Origin: Octopus vulgaris
Taxonomy: Eukaryota
Direction of reading: 5' to 3'
NCBI GenBank assembly: GCA_951406725.2
Contig: OX597814.1
Span: 83,948,001 to 84,012,000 of the forward strand
Length of the DNA stretch: 64,000 bases
In this document: positions 12,991 through 27,201 of the stretch, piece by piece
How the letters are laid out: each line of letters starts with the position of its first letter
How positions within the stretch are numbered: the stretch's first letter is position 1
Program-made: the position numbers and the translations under genes
Notes under the pieces: generated by a model
Database searches by the model: none
Told to the model about the DNA's origin: nothing
The model's input: only the letters and a program-made list of their open reading frames with translations

Positions 12991-13391
12991 TATACACACA
13001 CATACACACACGTACGCTCGCACTCAAAGACAAGTTTATTTAGTTCATCTATTATTTAATAAAATGGCCAATACGTGTGCGTGACTATGCACCTTCATAT
13101 GCAATATCTCGCTCCATTTGATATAGCGAGCAATGAGTCATTCGCTCCTGTTGAATTTATTAATATAACCGTCTGGAACAAAAAGAAAAATATGTCTGAC
13201 AATAGCCACTCCGCGACTCTTCCTTCCGCCATCTCGTTTTAGACATACCTTAGTTGTTCTCTTTCTCTAGAAGAGTTCCACTTACAAAATAGCTGCACTT
13301 AATGAACTTGAAGTGTTCTAATAGTTTGTAGGGAGGTCGATAGTAACATCGAGTTCAATATCCACCCTTCTATTACCCCTCTCTCACCTAG

Positions 13392-13392
<1 letters not shown>

Positions 13393-13430
<38 letters not shown>

Positions 13431-13499
13431 TCTCTCTCACACACACATTCTTTTGTCTGTTAGTCTTGCTTGTTTAATATCTATTTTCGTACCCTTCAT

Positions 13500-13568
<69 letters not shown>

Positions 13569-13711
13569 TGCACGCATGGACACATACACACACGCACACA
13601 CACACATATATATACATATATTTACGCATATACTTACATACATACAAACACACGTATATATATAATATATATATATGTATATATATATATATTCATATAT
13701 ACACACACATT

Positions 13712-13743
<32 letters not shown>

Positions 13744-14035
13744 CATACATATGTGCATATGGCTATATACCTACGTCTCTCTTATTCTTTCTCGCCCACA
13801 CACACGCTCTCTCTTGCAACCATTTTCTCTCCCTTTCACTCGTTCTCTCAGTGATTGACATTTCTTTCATACAGGAAATAAAAGTCTTCTCGATTGACTG
13901 CCTCGGCAAAATAAATAAATAAACGCAAAATAACAATCAAAATAAACAAATACTACTAATAGTAACATAACGTAAATGTGCCACTAACAACAATCGTGTC
14001 ACGAACCAACCATCCTGCATATGTGAATGTGTGTA

Positions 14036-14110
<75 letters not shown>

Positions 14111-14232
14111 ACGCACGCTCACACAAACATACACATATACATATACAAATTTATATATGAGTATATGTATGAGTTTATGTAGGTGTATATTTATATATAT
14201 ACATACATGCATACATACACACATACACACTC

Positions 14233-14310
<78 letters not shown>

Positions 14311-14421
14311 GTATATATACACGTCTAAAATGGCAGTCCATTAATGATAAATCATCCTTAATGACAGTACAAATATGTATTGTCATTAACGCACTATATC
14401 AGAATATGTGTGTGCATATGA

Positions 14422-14454
<33 letters not shown>

Positions 14455-14540
14455 CAGGTGTGTATGTATGCATGTATGTATGTATGTACATATTTCATTC
14501 CCTAACTGCATTATGTATTGTTTTTGTTTATGTAAACATA

Positions 14541-14604
<64 letters not shown>

Positions 14605-14641
14605 GATATAACCAACAACAATAATAATAATAATAATAATA
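13393..14641. repeat. Microsatellite cluster (CT)n, (TA)n, (CA)n, (TAC)n, (AAT)n
   Basis: Directly visible. Confidence 0.95.
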
Positions 14642-15004
14642 AAAGTGCACCACATATACTATATAGTTGATGTTGCATGTTCCTTTGACACACGAATAGT
14701 CGAGAAAGCGAGAAAATAGATAAATACAACCCTCTTAAGTACGAAAGAACCCGACCATGGAAAATGAAGAAGGTGAAGATAGTGCCAATTATTGTTGGGT
14801 CCTTGGGAACAGTATCAGAGGGCATCAATGGGAATATAAAGGAAATTGGAATAGAGTGCTCAGCAGAACTGTTATAAGAGGTTTACCTCCTTTGCACGGC
14901 CAAAATAATCAGGAAAGTAGCTGAAAAGGACGGATATCATGGTACTGCAGGCTGCAGGTAGCAAGCTCGCAACGCATGCAAGACTCCAGGAGCTTCCACA
15001 TAAC

Positions 15005-15032
<28 letters not shown>
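14642..15032 (+). mobile_element. 3' end of an R4/Dong-clade non-LTR retrotransposon (RLE domain) with (TAA)n tail
   Basis: Translation YIVDVACSFDTRIVEK / EKIDKYNPLKYE.TRPWKMKKVKIVPIIVGSLGTV...LLCTAKIIRKV is a typical RLE C-terminus; (AAT)n lies on both sides. Confidence 0.85.
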
Positions 15033-15036
<4 letters not shown>

Positions 15037-15588
15037 CAAGACAAAACATGTTCATGATTGGAAGTGCTATCATGTACATGGTTTGACTTGGAGTAAAAGA
15101 TGGGTGATAGCAAATATTCTGCGCAAAACCACAGATTTGCTTGTCAGTTGCTTGACCTTAACCAATTGAGCATGTCTCTTGATGGCCGACAATATGTGCA
15201 TCTCTGATAACGAGCAGGGGTAGTGGGGGAGCATCAGAGCCATGTGTTAAGAGGAATTGTTTGGGAATATATATATATATATATATATATATATTGCCGC
15301 ATACATACATATGTGCATACGTTCTCTCTCATTCTTTCTCGCCCCCACTCACACATACTCTCTCCTTTGGAAATATGGGTGTTTCGTTCAACATCCTTAT
15401 TCAGGGACCTTTTGAGTGGGATCAGACAGGTAGTCATGATTGGACTTCGTGTATTGTACCCCAATGTCACTTTGATGGCATGCGCTGCTCTCTCACTCAA
15501 TAATAATAATGATAATAATAATCTATATAATTATCTGCTTGTTCGTTCGCCCGTTATACATTAGTTAGAGAGGTGGAGGTGGAGTGAA

Positions 15589-15636
<48 letters not shown>

Positions 15637-16104
15637 AGGAGTGAAGAAAGAAGAAAAGAAGTAGAGCTAGGTGATTAATATTAATACACTTAGTCCAAAT
15701 TGTCACGTGGTCAGCTGAAGGTAGAGGCAAAGAACGAGAGAAAAAGATGACGGGAGAAAAAGAGGGAGAGAAGTAGATAACGTTGTTGTTGTTGGTGGTG
15801 TGTTGATATTGAAAATAATTTTTTATTTAATTAATTTTTTTATAACAGCCATCGCATACGAATAAGCGCAATTATTTATCGTCTGCTCGCTTAAAAATTG
15901 ATATTTTGTTTATAAGGGTTAATTTAGCCTAAACTCTGGATATAGTAAAAAGAGGATTAAGACGACACCGAGAATATTTATAGAAAGCTAAACTATAAAT
16001 GCTATAAAATGCAAATCCTTTCTTTCTTAAATAGGCCCTCTTAATTTTTTCTATTCCGTGGAATATACACGGGTCCTACTAGTAATAATAATTATAAGAA
16101 GAAT

Positions 16105-16112
16105 ACCTCGTC

Positions 16113-16148
<36 letters not shown>

Positions 16149-16305
16149 CTTTTTGTCTCTGTCTGTCCCCCCAGTAACGCTTGACAACCGGTGTTGGTGT
16201 GTTTACGCCTCCGTAACTTAGCGGTTCGGCAAAAGAAACCGATAGTGTTAGTACCAGGCTTAAAAAATGTATTAGAGACGATTCATTCGACTGAAAATTT
16301 TTCAA
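16105..16305 (+). mobile_element. CORE-like tRNA-derived SINE, 3' half
   Basis: cgcttgacaaccggtgttggtgtgtttacg...cgtaacttagcggttcggcaaaaga, as in the full copy at 34641. Confidence 0.85.
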
Positions 16306-16319
16306 GGGTAATCAAAATT

Positions 16320-16469
16320 CCTGAATATATGGTGTGTGTTTTCATAGTTCTTCGCTATCCCTATGAAATGTGGGATGTCTATAGACAATATGTCAAATTA
16401 CTGGAACGGTTTCATGAAAGATTTCTCGGCAAATTCCACATACCGAAACGCTTGGGAATATAGGGTTGC

Positions 16470-16470
<1 letters not shown>
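16320..16470 (+). mobile_element. RTE-clade LINE fragment
   Basis: [27 protein letters not shown] resembles LLYxxETWTVYxRHxKxLERFHxRCL. Confidence 0.7.
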
Positions 16471-17040
<570 letters not shown>

Positions 17041-17239
17041 AGTTATTTACCTGTCTATGTACCTCTTTTTCTTTCTTTCTTTCTTTTTTCCTCCCCACAT
17101 CTCTCTCTGTGCGCGCATATACACACACAAACACGTAAGACGAGTTTTTAAAACTTAATTCCTCTAACAAAATATTAGATCACCCTAGAACTAGATTAAA
17201 AGACACGAAAACAAAAACACTTGAACACTCTGCTTTGTA

Positions 17240-18035
17240 GCGGGGCTGGATCTATTGTTGCACCTATAGGAGGACAGGCTATCATCTGTTGACCGATTCT
17301 GTCCAACAGTTTACTGTCAATGTAGAGGTCAAGTTGTTTTATTCAGTGCTAACAAAAAGAGTGTCCAGGTTCCTATCATTGAACGAACTGATAAACACCT
17401 CAGTACAGAAATCTGGTGTTTCGAGATTCCTAGACTGCTTTGATAATGCCCAAATAGTTTAGAGCCAGCATGTTAAGAAGAGAAGTGATCCTAAGGTTGA
17501 CTGGCTTAATATGGCAAATGCATACGGGCCAGTTCTTCACGCTCTGATACACAAAACATATTTGCTTTTGTACTCCAGGATATGTATGGGAATTTATACA
17601 GCACTCTGGATCAGTATTCATGCGGTTTATCACCAATGAATTGACAACCAACTGGAAGGTATTGGCGATTATAAGTATGTTGATGGAGTGCACCTTTTCT
17701 CCGATCCTTTTTGGTATGGCTATAGAGTTGGAATTGAGAGATACCAGAAGTTAATCAGGGGAAAGGAAGATTGGAAGACACATGGTATTATCACAACTAC
17801 GCGCTTTTATGGAGGACATTACTTCGTTGTGGAAAGAATGGAAAAAGCAAAATTTCTCCTTGCGTGAATAGATGAGCTATTCTAGTTATGTCAACTGCAC
17901 ACCAGAGCCTGCCCATCTCCCAAAAAATCGTAATCTGTTTACTTAGGGACGGTCATGTTAAGGAATTTCCCTTTGAAGTTAAAGGGAAACTGATTCTAAC
18001 GACCAAGAGTCAGACAACTAAGAGCCTTGGCTGTA
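17240..18035 (+). mobile_element. HERO-clade (RLE-type) non-LTR retrotransposon, RT domain relic
   Basis: Frame-broken NVEVKLFYSVLTKR, INTSVQKSGV, DWLNMANAYGPVLHALI, CTFSPILFGMA, LRAFMEDIT and KSLG match the HERO RT pattern (VEGKIFFS, DTSVQKGG, WLDLANAYGSVPH, RAFMDD). Confidence 0.85.
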
Positions 18036-18052
18036 TCTATGTAGTGCAGTAT

Positions 18053-18106
<54 letters not shown>

Positions 18107-18112
<6 letters not shown>

Positions 18113-18575
18113 CTTAATAATATTAGGGAATATAAAATTCCAAACTTACAGGAAAAAATTCAATTTAGCAATACTAAATCAAATTTCACAATATATAATA
18201 CATGTATATAATTAAGAGAAAAAAACCTCTACTAAGCAATTCAATTGATAATGAAAGATATTATCTATATTAAATCATATAGAAAAATCTAAATATATCA
18301 TAATAAATATTATTCTAAAAATCACTACATTAAATATTATTATTAAAATTATTATTCTAAAAATTAAAATTATTATTCTAATAAATATCATTATTAAAAT
18401 TATTATTCTAAAAATCACTAAATTAAATAAACATTTAAATAAACATAATGTTTATTTAATTTAGTGACTTTTAGAATAATATTTATTATAATATATTTAT
18501 ATATTTTCTATATGATTTGATATAGATAATATCTTTCACTATCAATTGAATTACTTAATAAAAGTTCTTTCTCTT
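18107..18575. repeat. AT-rich interspersed repeat folded back on itself (arms ~18214-18335 and ~18448-18575)
   Basis: The right arm is the reverse complement of the left arm, with scattered mismatches. Confidence 0.8.
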
Positions 18576-18870
18576 GATTACACACACACACACACACACG
18601 CGCACATATATACGTGTGTGTGTGTGTGTGGGCGTGTGTGTGTCTGCGTGTGCGTCTTTGTACTTTCCTAGCCTCTCCACTATCTCTCACGATGCTGATT
18701 TGTTTATTCACCTGCAAATTAGCTGTTCTTCAGAAACAAGACCGATAGAGTATGTATCAGATTTAAAATAAGTATTATGATCCATACCTTTGACTAAACT
18801 GTACAAAGCGGTATCCCAGTATGGCTGCAACTTAATTACTAAAGCAAGTAAAATAGTAAGCGCGCGCGCG

Positions 18871-18989
<119 letters not shown>

Positions 18990-19032
18990 CACACACATAT
19001 ACATATATATATATACATACATACATACATAC

Positions 19033-19120
<88 letters not shown>

Positions 19121-19159
19121 TCATGCAAACACACACACATATACATGAGCATGAAAAGA

Positions 19160-20045
19160 AGACAACATAAGAAAAGAAGCAGAAATTTTTACAAATTCTT
19201 TATTAGTTTAACGCTTAACAAGAAGAGAAAAGTTAAGACGTTTCAGATGCTAGTCCTTTAGCAGGAGAAAGATAAAAATAAATATAAATAAGAGGAAAAT
19301 GAATGAGAAGATGTGGTTGGGAAAGAATGGAAAAAGGAGTGGGGGTCAGGGACCGAGTAGGAATGGGGGTTCTATAAGGTTCTATGAGGGAGGGGAAGTT
19401 AGGAAGGGAGGACGGCAGGGTGATGTATGCATGTATATATATAGGAAAGTATCTGTGCATATAAACGGGCACAGGGAGATGTGTGAGTGGATTTTTTTGT
19501 GAGTGTGCTATTTCTTTGGGAGGGGTATGTGTGTGAAGGTGTGCGAGTATGGAAGTGTAGTGGCGTGGAGTAGTGGGATGTGTGGGAGGATGGCGTTCGG
19601 TGCCATCGAAGTACCAATATGTGAGATGAATGTATAGAAGGGGAAGGTGAGACAGGAGCATGTAGAGGTGAAAGGGAAGGAATGTAAGATGTGATATTTA
19701 AGAAGAAACACCGAAGAAGTATGTAAATAGTGATAATTATAAAAAGGGAAATGATACCACAGGTGAAAAATCTGCAGAGGTTTTGTAACAAATGCAATGA
19801 CCGGAGAAAGTAGAAGCAGAAAAAAGAAGGCAGCTGAAGTGGACATGGACAGGGACAAAACGAAAAGGGAGGTAATTTACAGTTAAACGGCAAATAAAAA
19901 AAGTAAATATATATATAAGAATTAAGTCAATACGTAAAAAGATAAAATTAAAATAAAAGAAGCATAGGGGAAGAGTCTGTGAGGGCTACAAGAGAAGGGA
20001 AACCTGTTGACGGTGGTTAATTCTCTCGATCGTATTCGTCGGTGG
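19160..20045 (-). mobile_element. Probable Penelope-like 3' region / pseudo-LTR relic (CT-rich on the minus strand)
   Basis: Strong purine/pyrimidine asymmetry between microsatellites; decayed hammerhead-like ...gga ctagca tct gaaacgtc on the minus strand near 19236-19265. Confidence 0.3.
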
Positions 20046-20269
20046 TATGTATGTATGTATGTATGTATGTATGTATGTATGTATGTATGTATGTATGCAT
20101 GTATGTATGTATGTATATATATATATTTTTTAATTCTATAACTGCTACCTCTGATGAATGGAAGGTTACATAATCGGATAGTTAATATGAGTGTGTGTGT
20201 GAGCGTAAGTGTATGCGGGTGTGTATATGTTTACGTGTATAGGTAGATATCTATATACTATATACATAC

Positions 20270-20320
<51 letters not shown>

Positions 20321-21011
20321 TATATATATAATATATATTCACTTACACACACATGTAAATACGCACGCAAAGTATTCCACCAATTCTGTAAGACCTTTTG
20401 TAGATAAATCTCAGATACATCATTGTCTTGGCAGCTATATAACTTTGTATTCAATCTAGATACCAAGTAAAGGCTAAGAGTAAAGCAAGCAAAAAACAAG
20501 GAAAAATATGACCGATAAGATGTAAACGTGCCTGATGTATCTATTTTGGTCGATGCATACACACATGCATTTATACATACATGCATGTATATATATGTTT
20601 TTAATGTATTATTCTCCTTGTCCTGTCTTTCATTGTTTTTATTTGTATTGGTTTTACTGTCTTGTTTTGTTTTTACTGTCCTGTTCTTGTTACCACTTTT
20701 ACCCCTCCGCAAAAAATCCCAAATTTTATTTAATTTGCTTTGCGGGAAGGACTGTTTCAACGAAGTCGCGTCTTGTCCGAAACAGGGACAACTGAAGAAG
20801 GGGAGTGTTCCTTGTGTTGTATGTCTTGTACTCAGTTTTTTCGTTGTTTGAAAAAAAAGGCCGTTTCCATGTTTGTGTCTTTATGTTTTCGTTTCTCATT
20901 GTGTTCAACGTTTTTTGGGTGTCCGTACCCATATATGCATGTATATATACATATAGATGTAGGTATGTACATATATGTATGTTTATATGCATATGTTTAT
21001 ATATTATTTTG

Positions 21012-21087
<76 letters not shown>

Positions 21088-21788
21088 ACATGTGTGTGTG
21101 TGATATCAAGTTTTGATCTGCCATACATGTTGTAATTCAAAACTTGATCAGGTGAAATCAGTACACAGTAACTGGGTTAGCCGAGCGTGTGTTTGTTCCG
21201 AGTAATTTACTGCATGTCCTCAGATATTACATTATAGAATGCATGTTTATAACGTTGATGAAAATCCTCTTCCATCACCTACTCTTCTTTCTCTTCTTCT
21301 TACGCTTCCGCTTCATCATCATTAATAAAACAGTAATTGGTTCTTTCACTGTTGTTGAAGTAAGATAAGAATCAATTACTCGACTTGCTTTCATCATCAA
21401 TGAACTTACACATGTTCATTGATGTTGATGATAGAGCGCCACCGACAAGCCATATTCGTGTCTGCGACATTGACAACATACGTTCACATACATAAAGGCG
21501 CGCACACAAGCAAACGTAAAGGCACAAAAGCAGATGGAGGATAGACAGAAACTAAGACTGATAAAACAGACACCCTACATTTTGCTACATTTTAGAAAAA
21601 AGTGAATCGGTAAAACAAGTCGGTGGACGAGTAAAAATCAGACATTGATGAAATTGGTAATGGACCGATATAAATCAGACAGTAGGCAAGTTGTTGTTTA
21701 GCCCGAAATCAGCTTGAATATGAGCTGACCTTTGATTCAAGGCATTTCGGCCGTCATCATACTGTATTTGTTTTCGTAAATATAATGT

Positions 21789-22927
21789 ATGGGGGTTATA
21801 TTGAAAGTAATGCAAACGTGAGCGTAACGTTTTTATTAAATTATGTTGTCCATTCAAATTGCCCATGTTGGTAGAATAACTTTTTTCTATACAAAAATAA
21901 TACTTAACATAGTTTCCATCAGAAGTGGTATATATGCAACATCGTTTATCCTAACTCTCAAGCCCTCTTTGAAAATATTCTCATGTGCACCGTTGTACTT
22001 ACTACTTCACAGCCACTGCCACATTGCATGTGACATCAAATCATCGCAGGTAACATCAAACCAGCCCAATTTGCCGATTGCCTGATTTGTTGCTAAAGAT
22101 GTGCGTGGTCGCACATTGTCATGGCGAATGTGAACCGCTTTCAGACTCTTGTCCGGTTTCTTCCTCCTAAGGGATTTTATCAGCTTTTTGAGTGTCTCAA
22201 TGTACTGCCTGCTATTCACAGTACATCCACATTCCAGAAGATCAAAGAGGAATGTCTCTATTGTCATTCTCCAAAGTAGACACCACTAAGTGTCCTTGTC
22301 GATCGCTGGCCTTTGAACTTCTTAGGTATCAGAGAAGAGGTGTGACGTTACCTCACAGACTGAACCTTCGTTTTCGGATCATAAAGCTAGACCCACATTT
22401 CATCCCTTTTCACCAGATCGGGGAAAAAAAGCATGTCTCCATTGGTTGAAACGCCTCCAGCAGATCAGAGCAGATTTACACCCTTCTCTCTTTCAGATCA
22501 GTTGTCATTAACCAAGCTACTCTCTAATATCTAAAGTTTTCCAATATCTGTAGTGTATTGTGACTACAGTCAAGTTGCACAACAAACTCACGGATTGTAA
22601 CTCGTCTATCCGCGCGAATCAATTCATCCATTCACTGATGATTCGTGTCTATGGTGGCAATTGATGGTTTTCCACTTCGTACTTTACTTTTCATCCATCT
22701 GAGCACATTGCTCTTGTCAATGATGTCATCTCTGCAAAGAACCTATAACCTTCTCTGGATATCGGACAACCTGCATCATTTCTACAGAAAGAACCCAGTG
22801 AAATCATGTCGCTTCCACTTGGAACCCCTTATTTTCCTGCAATGGAGAAAAACACGAAGAAACACATGTGCAATTCAAATGACTTATGTCAGACATTTTT
22901 TCATTTACTTTAGATACATTCCTCGTA
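21789..22927 (-). mobile_element. mariner-family DNA transposon relic
   Basis: ORF 22007-22267 contains TVNSRQYIETLKKL...LRRKKP...HDNVRPRTS (HDNARPH motif); terminal tacgagg at 22921-22927. Confidence 0.9.
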
Positions 22928-23813
22928 TCTGGGACCACACTAATTATTTTTTTAAACGATTAGGTGTGATTTCTTACAGATCGAGTGACTATGTAGATGC
23001 TTCTAGGTCTTCTTTACAGGAGACAAGTCAGACTAGATAGTGAGCTGGTAAATCTGAATAGAGAATAGATAAAACAAGACAAGACGGTAGACAGATAAAG
23101 TTAGGCAGTGAACCAGAGGCTGAGGAGATGATGCCAGACACTAGACAAATTATAAGGTTCAAGACAAATAGAAAAGATCAAACTAAACCGGCAATCAAAG
23201 TAAAAATACTAACTCAGACGTTAGGTTTTCGATTAAATAGGTTTCATGTGGAGTTCACCTACATCAAATATGCAGCTACAAGTGGAATAAAAACGAAAAT
23301 GGTGTGTTTTTGTGTGTATAGTGTATTCATCCGTGAGTGTGTATCTGTGCATGTGTGTGTGTGTGTGTGTGTATGTGTGTGTGTGTGTGTTTAAGTGAGT
23401 TCATGCAAATGTAATGTATGTGAACAGCTCATCTGCATTTATAACTAGCGAACTGTTGTATCTCAGTTGAACCTAGTAATCTTCTTTTATCCATCTTGTT
23501 AGCGATTTAATAGTTATTTTAAGAGGATTCACGAAACAAATGTTGGAGTTGTTGTCTGTCGCACCGATCATAAAATAGATTCAGACAAATGATTCGGAAT
23601 TTGATTGGAAATTAAAACTCACCATTCCAACCTCCACCTCTCCACAACTCTTCAATTATTCCATCGACTCTTCATTTTCTTTCTTTTGCTTTTTCATTTT
23701 TCGTTCTTTCTTTCTGTCACACTCTTTTTTTTATATTTCTTTCTTATATTACTTAATTTACTTGGTCAGAGGAAGAAAAGTAGCGCCCATGGTACTTTTC
23801 AGGGCCTGACGAC

Positions 23814-23866
<53 letters not shown>

Positions 23867-24212
23867 TGTGAGAGAAAGAGAGAGAGAGAGAGTGTGTGTG
23901 TGAGAGAGAAAGAGAGAGAAAGAAATGGAAGGATGGAGAAAGAGAAAGTGAGAGAGAGAGAGAGAGAGAGAGAGACGAAGAAGTCATCCGTTTGAAGACC
24001 ATCACCTAAATGCATACAACAAAGTGTACGTTGTTAAAGACACCCAAGGACAGGTGGTAGCGTTAAACTGAGCGAATATTAAATCTACGTCCTGGGAACA
24101 AGAACGATACAGCCGACAGATTTCCACACGATAGTGTCTGTGTACCAAATTTCATCCCCAACGATTTTGCCAATACCAAGCTAATAAGTAGCGGGACAAC
24201 TGTATCGACTCT

Positions 24213-24540
24213 GTGAAGGCACATGGCTCAGTAATTAGAGCATCGAGCTCACAGTCATGAGATAGTGAGTTCGATTCGATTCTCGGACCGGACTGTGTGT
24301 TGCGTTCTTGAGCAAGACACTTTATTTCACGTTGCTCCAGTTCACTCATCTGTAGAAATGACTTGTGACGTCACTGGTGTCAAGCGGTATCAGCTTTTGC
24401 CTTTCCCTTGGTGACGTGGAGAGGGGAGGCTGATATGCATGGGCAACTGCTGGTCTCTTGCCCAGACTTGTGTCTCGGAGAGTGCTTTCAAGGTGCAATC
24501 CCATGATCATTTATGACCGAAAGGGATCTTTACTCTTTAT
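24213..24540 (+). mobile_element. tRNA-derived SINE (third family)
   Basis: A-box tggctcagtaatt, B-box gagttcgattc, body ttgagcaagacactttatttcacgttgctccagttcactc. Confidence 0.8.
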
Positions 24541-24872
24541 ATCGATTCTAGTCTATATGGCTGCTTCCAGTTATTTCATTCCAGTACTTATGAAATAGTT
24601 CATCGTGCACGACGTAACGCTTACGGAAAAGTCGAAACTAAAGTATAGCTGTTGTATTAATAAATATAATTTTGACCCCACTGTAAAGAATAAACAAAGT
24701 GGAATGATCACAAGTTTGTCAACCCTTGCCAGAGAAAAAAATATCGATCACACCAGTTTCTTGTCATGTTAAATCTTCATCAGAGAAAGAAAACCTGTCT
24801 TCTGTGAGATGTACTATGAAAAGGCACAAGTACAATCGTCACTTTGGTGACGGTTGTACTCATATATATATG

Positions 24873-24995
<123 letters not shown>

Positions 24996-25036
24996 ATATA
25001 TATGTATGTATGCATGTATGTATATGTATATATATG

Positions 25037-25410
25037 TTAGTTAGTTAGTTAGTTAGTTAATTTGGCTCAAAAGCAAATAGCAAGGCCATGTAGGGGGACA
25101 TGGAGTTAAGTACAGGGTGGTGTTCATGTAAAGAGTTCAGGCCACTTGAGGTCCAGGGAGGCTTTGAACAAAGCGGTCGTCGGCATCGTTACCATCTCGT
25201 CTGGCAGCTTGTTCCACGGATCCGCAACCCGGACGGAGAAAGCTCCTCTCCTTCGATTGAGATGAAATCGTCGCAGGTAGAGCTTTTCGGAATGACCCCG
25301 CAGCCGACGCTCTGGAGCAGGAGTGAAGAACAGCTCTTTCGAGAGGTTACACTTTCCGCTTATGATGTTGTGGGCGAGAATGAGATCACCACGGCGGCGG
25401 CGTTTTTCAA

Positions 25411-25412
<2 letters not shown>
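25037..25412 (-). mobile_element. Young 5'-truncated CR1 LINE 3' end with (TAAC)n tail
   Basis: Uninterrupted LEKRRRRGDLILAHNII...RLRGHSEKL...RRGAFSVRVADPWNKLP...FKASLD, the canonical CR1 ORF2 C-terminus; the tail is visible as (gtta)n. Confidence 0.93.
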
Positions 25413-25479
<67 letters not shown>

Positions 25480-27201
25480 TATGTACATGTATAAATATAT
25501 ATGTCCATACATATACTTGGTCAGAGGAAGAAAAGCAGCGCCCATGGTACTTTCAGGACCTGGCGACAAGAGAGAGAGAGAGAAAGAGAAATGGAAGGAG
25601 GGAGGGAGAAAGAGAAAGTGTATGCATGTATGTATGTATATCATTCAACCACGGTAGTGGTTGAATATATTAAGTCCACCATTTCGTAAATCGCAGCAGC
25701 TTGAAGCTTCACACTAAGTCAGTTCTCAACTAAATTGCAAACTGTTCATAGTTTTAAAGAGGATACCTAATCAGCTACACTTTGGCATAAATAGTTTGAG
25801 ATTTGGTTCTGTAGAAAAAAAGTTACATCAAAATATCTGCGACCTCAAGGCAGATAGTCATCTTCAATTAACATAATTTTTTAAATTTTAAATTAAAAGT
25901 ATACTTTTCTTAGGCTTAAATGATAGAAAAATGCATGAGGAATTCAGAATCGTTAGTTGTATTGGACAAAAATGAGTATAAAAACAGTTATGAAGTAAAA
26001 TATTACGAAATTTTATGTCAGTAAATAAGGAAGTAAGGGAGTGACGCTTAAGCAATAAGAATAAAGAATATATTTCTAAAATGAATGGCTACATTCTAAG
26101 GCAGTGAGCTGGTCGAAATGTTAGCACGCCGGGCGAAATGCTTAACAATATTTCGTCTGTCTTTAATCTTTTGATTTCAAATTTCGCCGAGGTTGACTTT
26201 GATGTGCAGGTTATTTAATTAAGTTTTTTTAACTATACATTTTCAAACTTCCGATACTGGTAAAATGTTTCACAGAACAGGGTTTTACTCTAAACGTTTT
26301 TGACAAAATTATGTATTTTAGAAGTTATTTCGTCAGAAGTTACAGAGTGACAATGGACAAATTCATGTTTGATAAGTGCCAATATATGAATTCTCAGCTT
26401 TTGACTTATTCTCTAACTTCTGCCGATGATCTATATACATATTACATATATGTGAAAAAAAAATATCACGCAGTCGAACCAATGAAAGAGCCTGTACCTG
26501 ATCGCTCGACACGCTAAAAATAGCAGCCAAAGTATCCCCTACCTAAATCACATGCCCATTGTATGCAATGTCCTAGATTATCCCTAAAAAGACGATTTGC
26601 TGAAGGCTGGAATATCTTTGATGATAGGTTTGCAGTATCAGGGTTGATTTGAGGCTAAATAACAACATTATGGTAAATTTCTATATGAACACCCGCACGA
26701 TTTTCACTAAGAAAAAAAAAAAAAAATTTGATTTTTTGCGAGGAATCAAGTACCCTGACCTCCTAATATGTTGCAAATCCTTTATTTTGGTACGGAAAAA
26801 ATGAGGTGGGAGACCCCCCCCCCAATCCCGAAATCATTGGAATTTCTTTTTCCTTGAATGAATTCCTGTGACCCCCTAATATTGCAAAATTAGGTTACTT
26901 AAGGTGAACCTGGTAACTGACGGTTTTAGGGTCTTGTTGTTTGTAACTTTTGGTGAGCCATGGTGCAACCAATAACATGGTAAAAATCCCTGCCATTAAT
27001 TTGGTGTGGATGGATAATATCAAATAATTCAATCACAACATATATTTAAATTAAACATGAAAAAACTTGAAATATTATCATCACTTACATGGAAAAATTG
27101 AAATATTATCTTTCAGTATTTTATAAGGTAAAATCTTAAATTATTAATTGACACATTATTAATTACCTTATAACAGCAATGCCTGGAAAAATTATGGATT
27201 A

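Noticed and set aside
19232-19268. Minus-strand ctgctaa-a-gga..tct-gaaacgtc hammerhead remnant; also isolated CTGATGA at 20151 and 44152
   Set aside because: The core is heavily mutated or the GAAA half is missing, and stem I does not pair.
20770-20812. ccGAAAc...CTGAAGA as a permuted hammerhead
   Set aside because: No stem III/UH site can be formed; only a ttgtcc/ggacaa hairpin.
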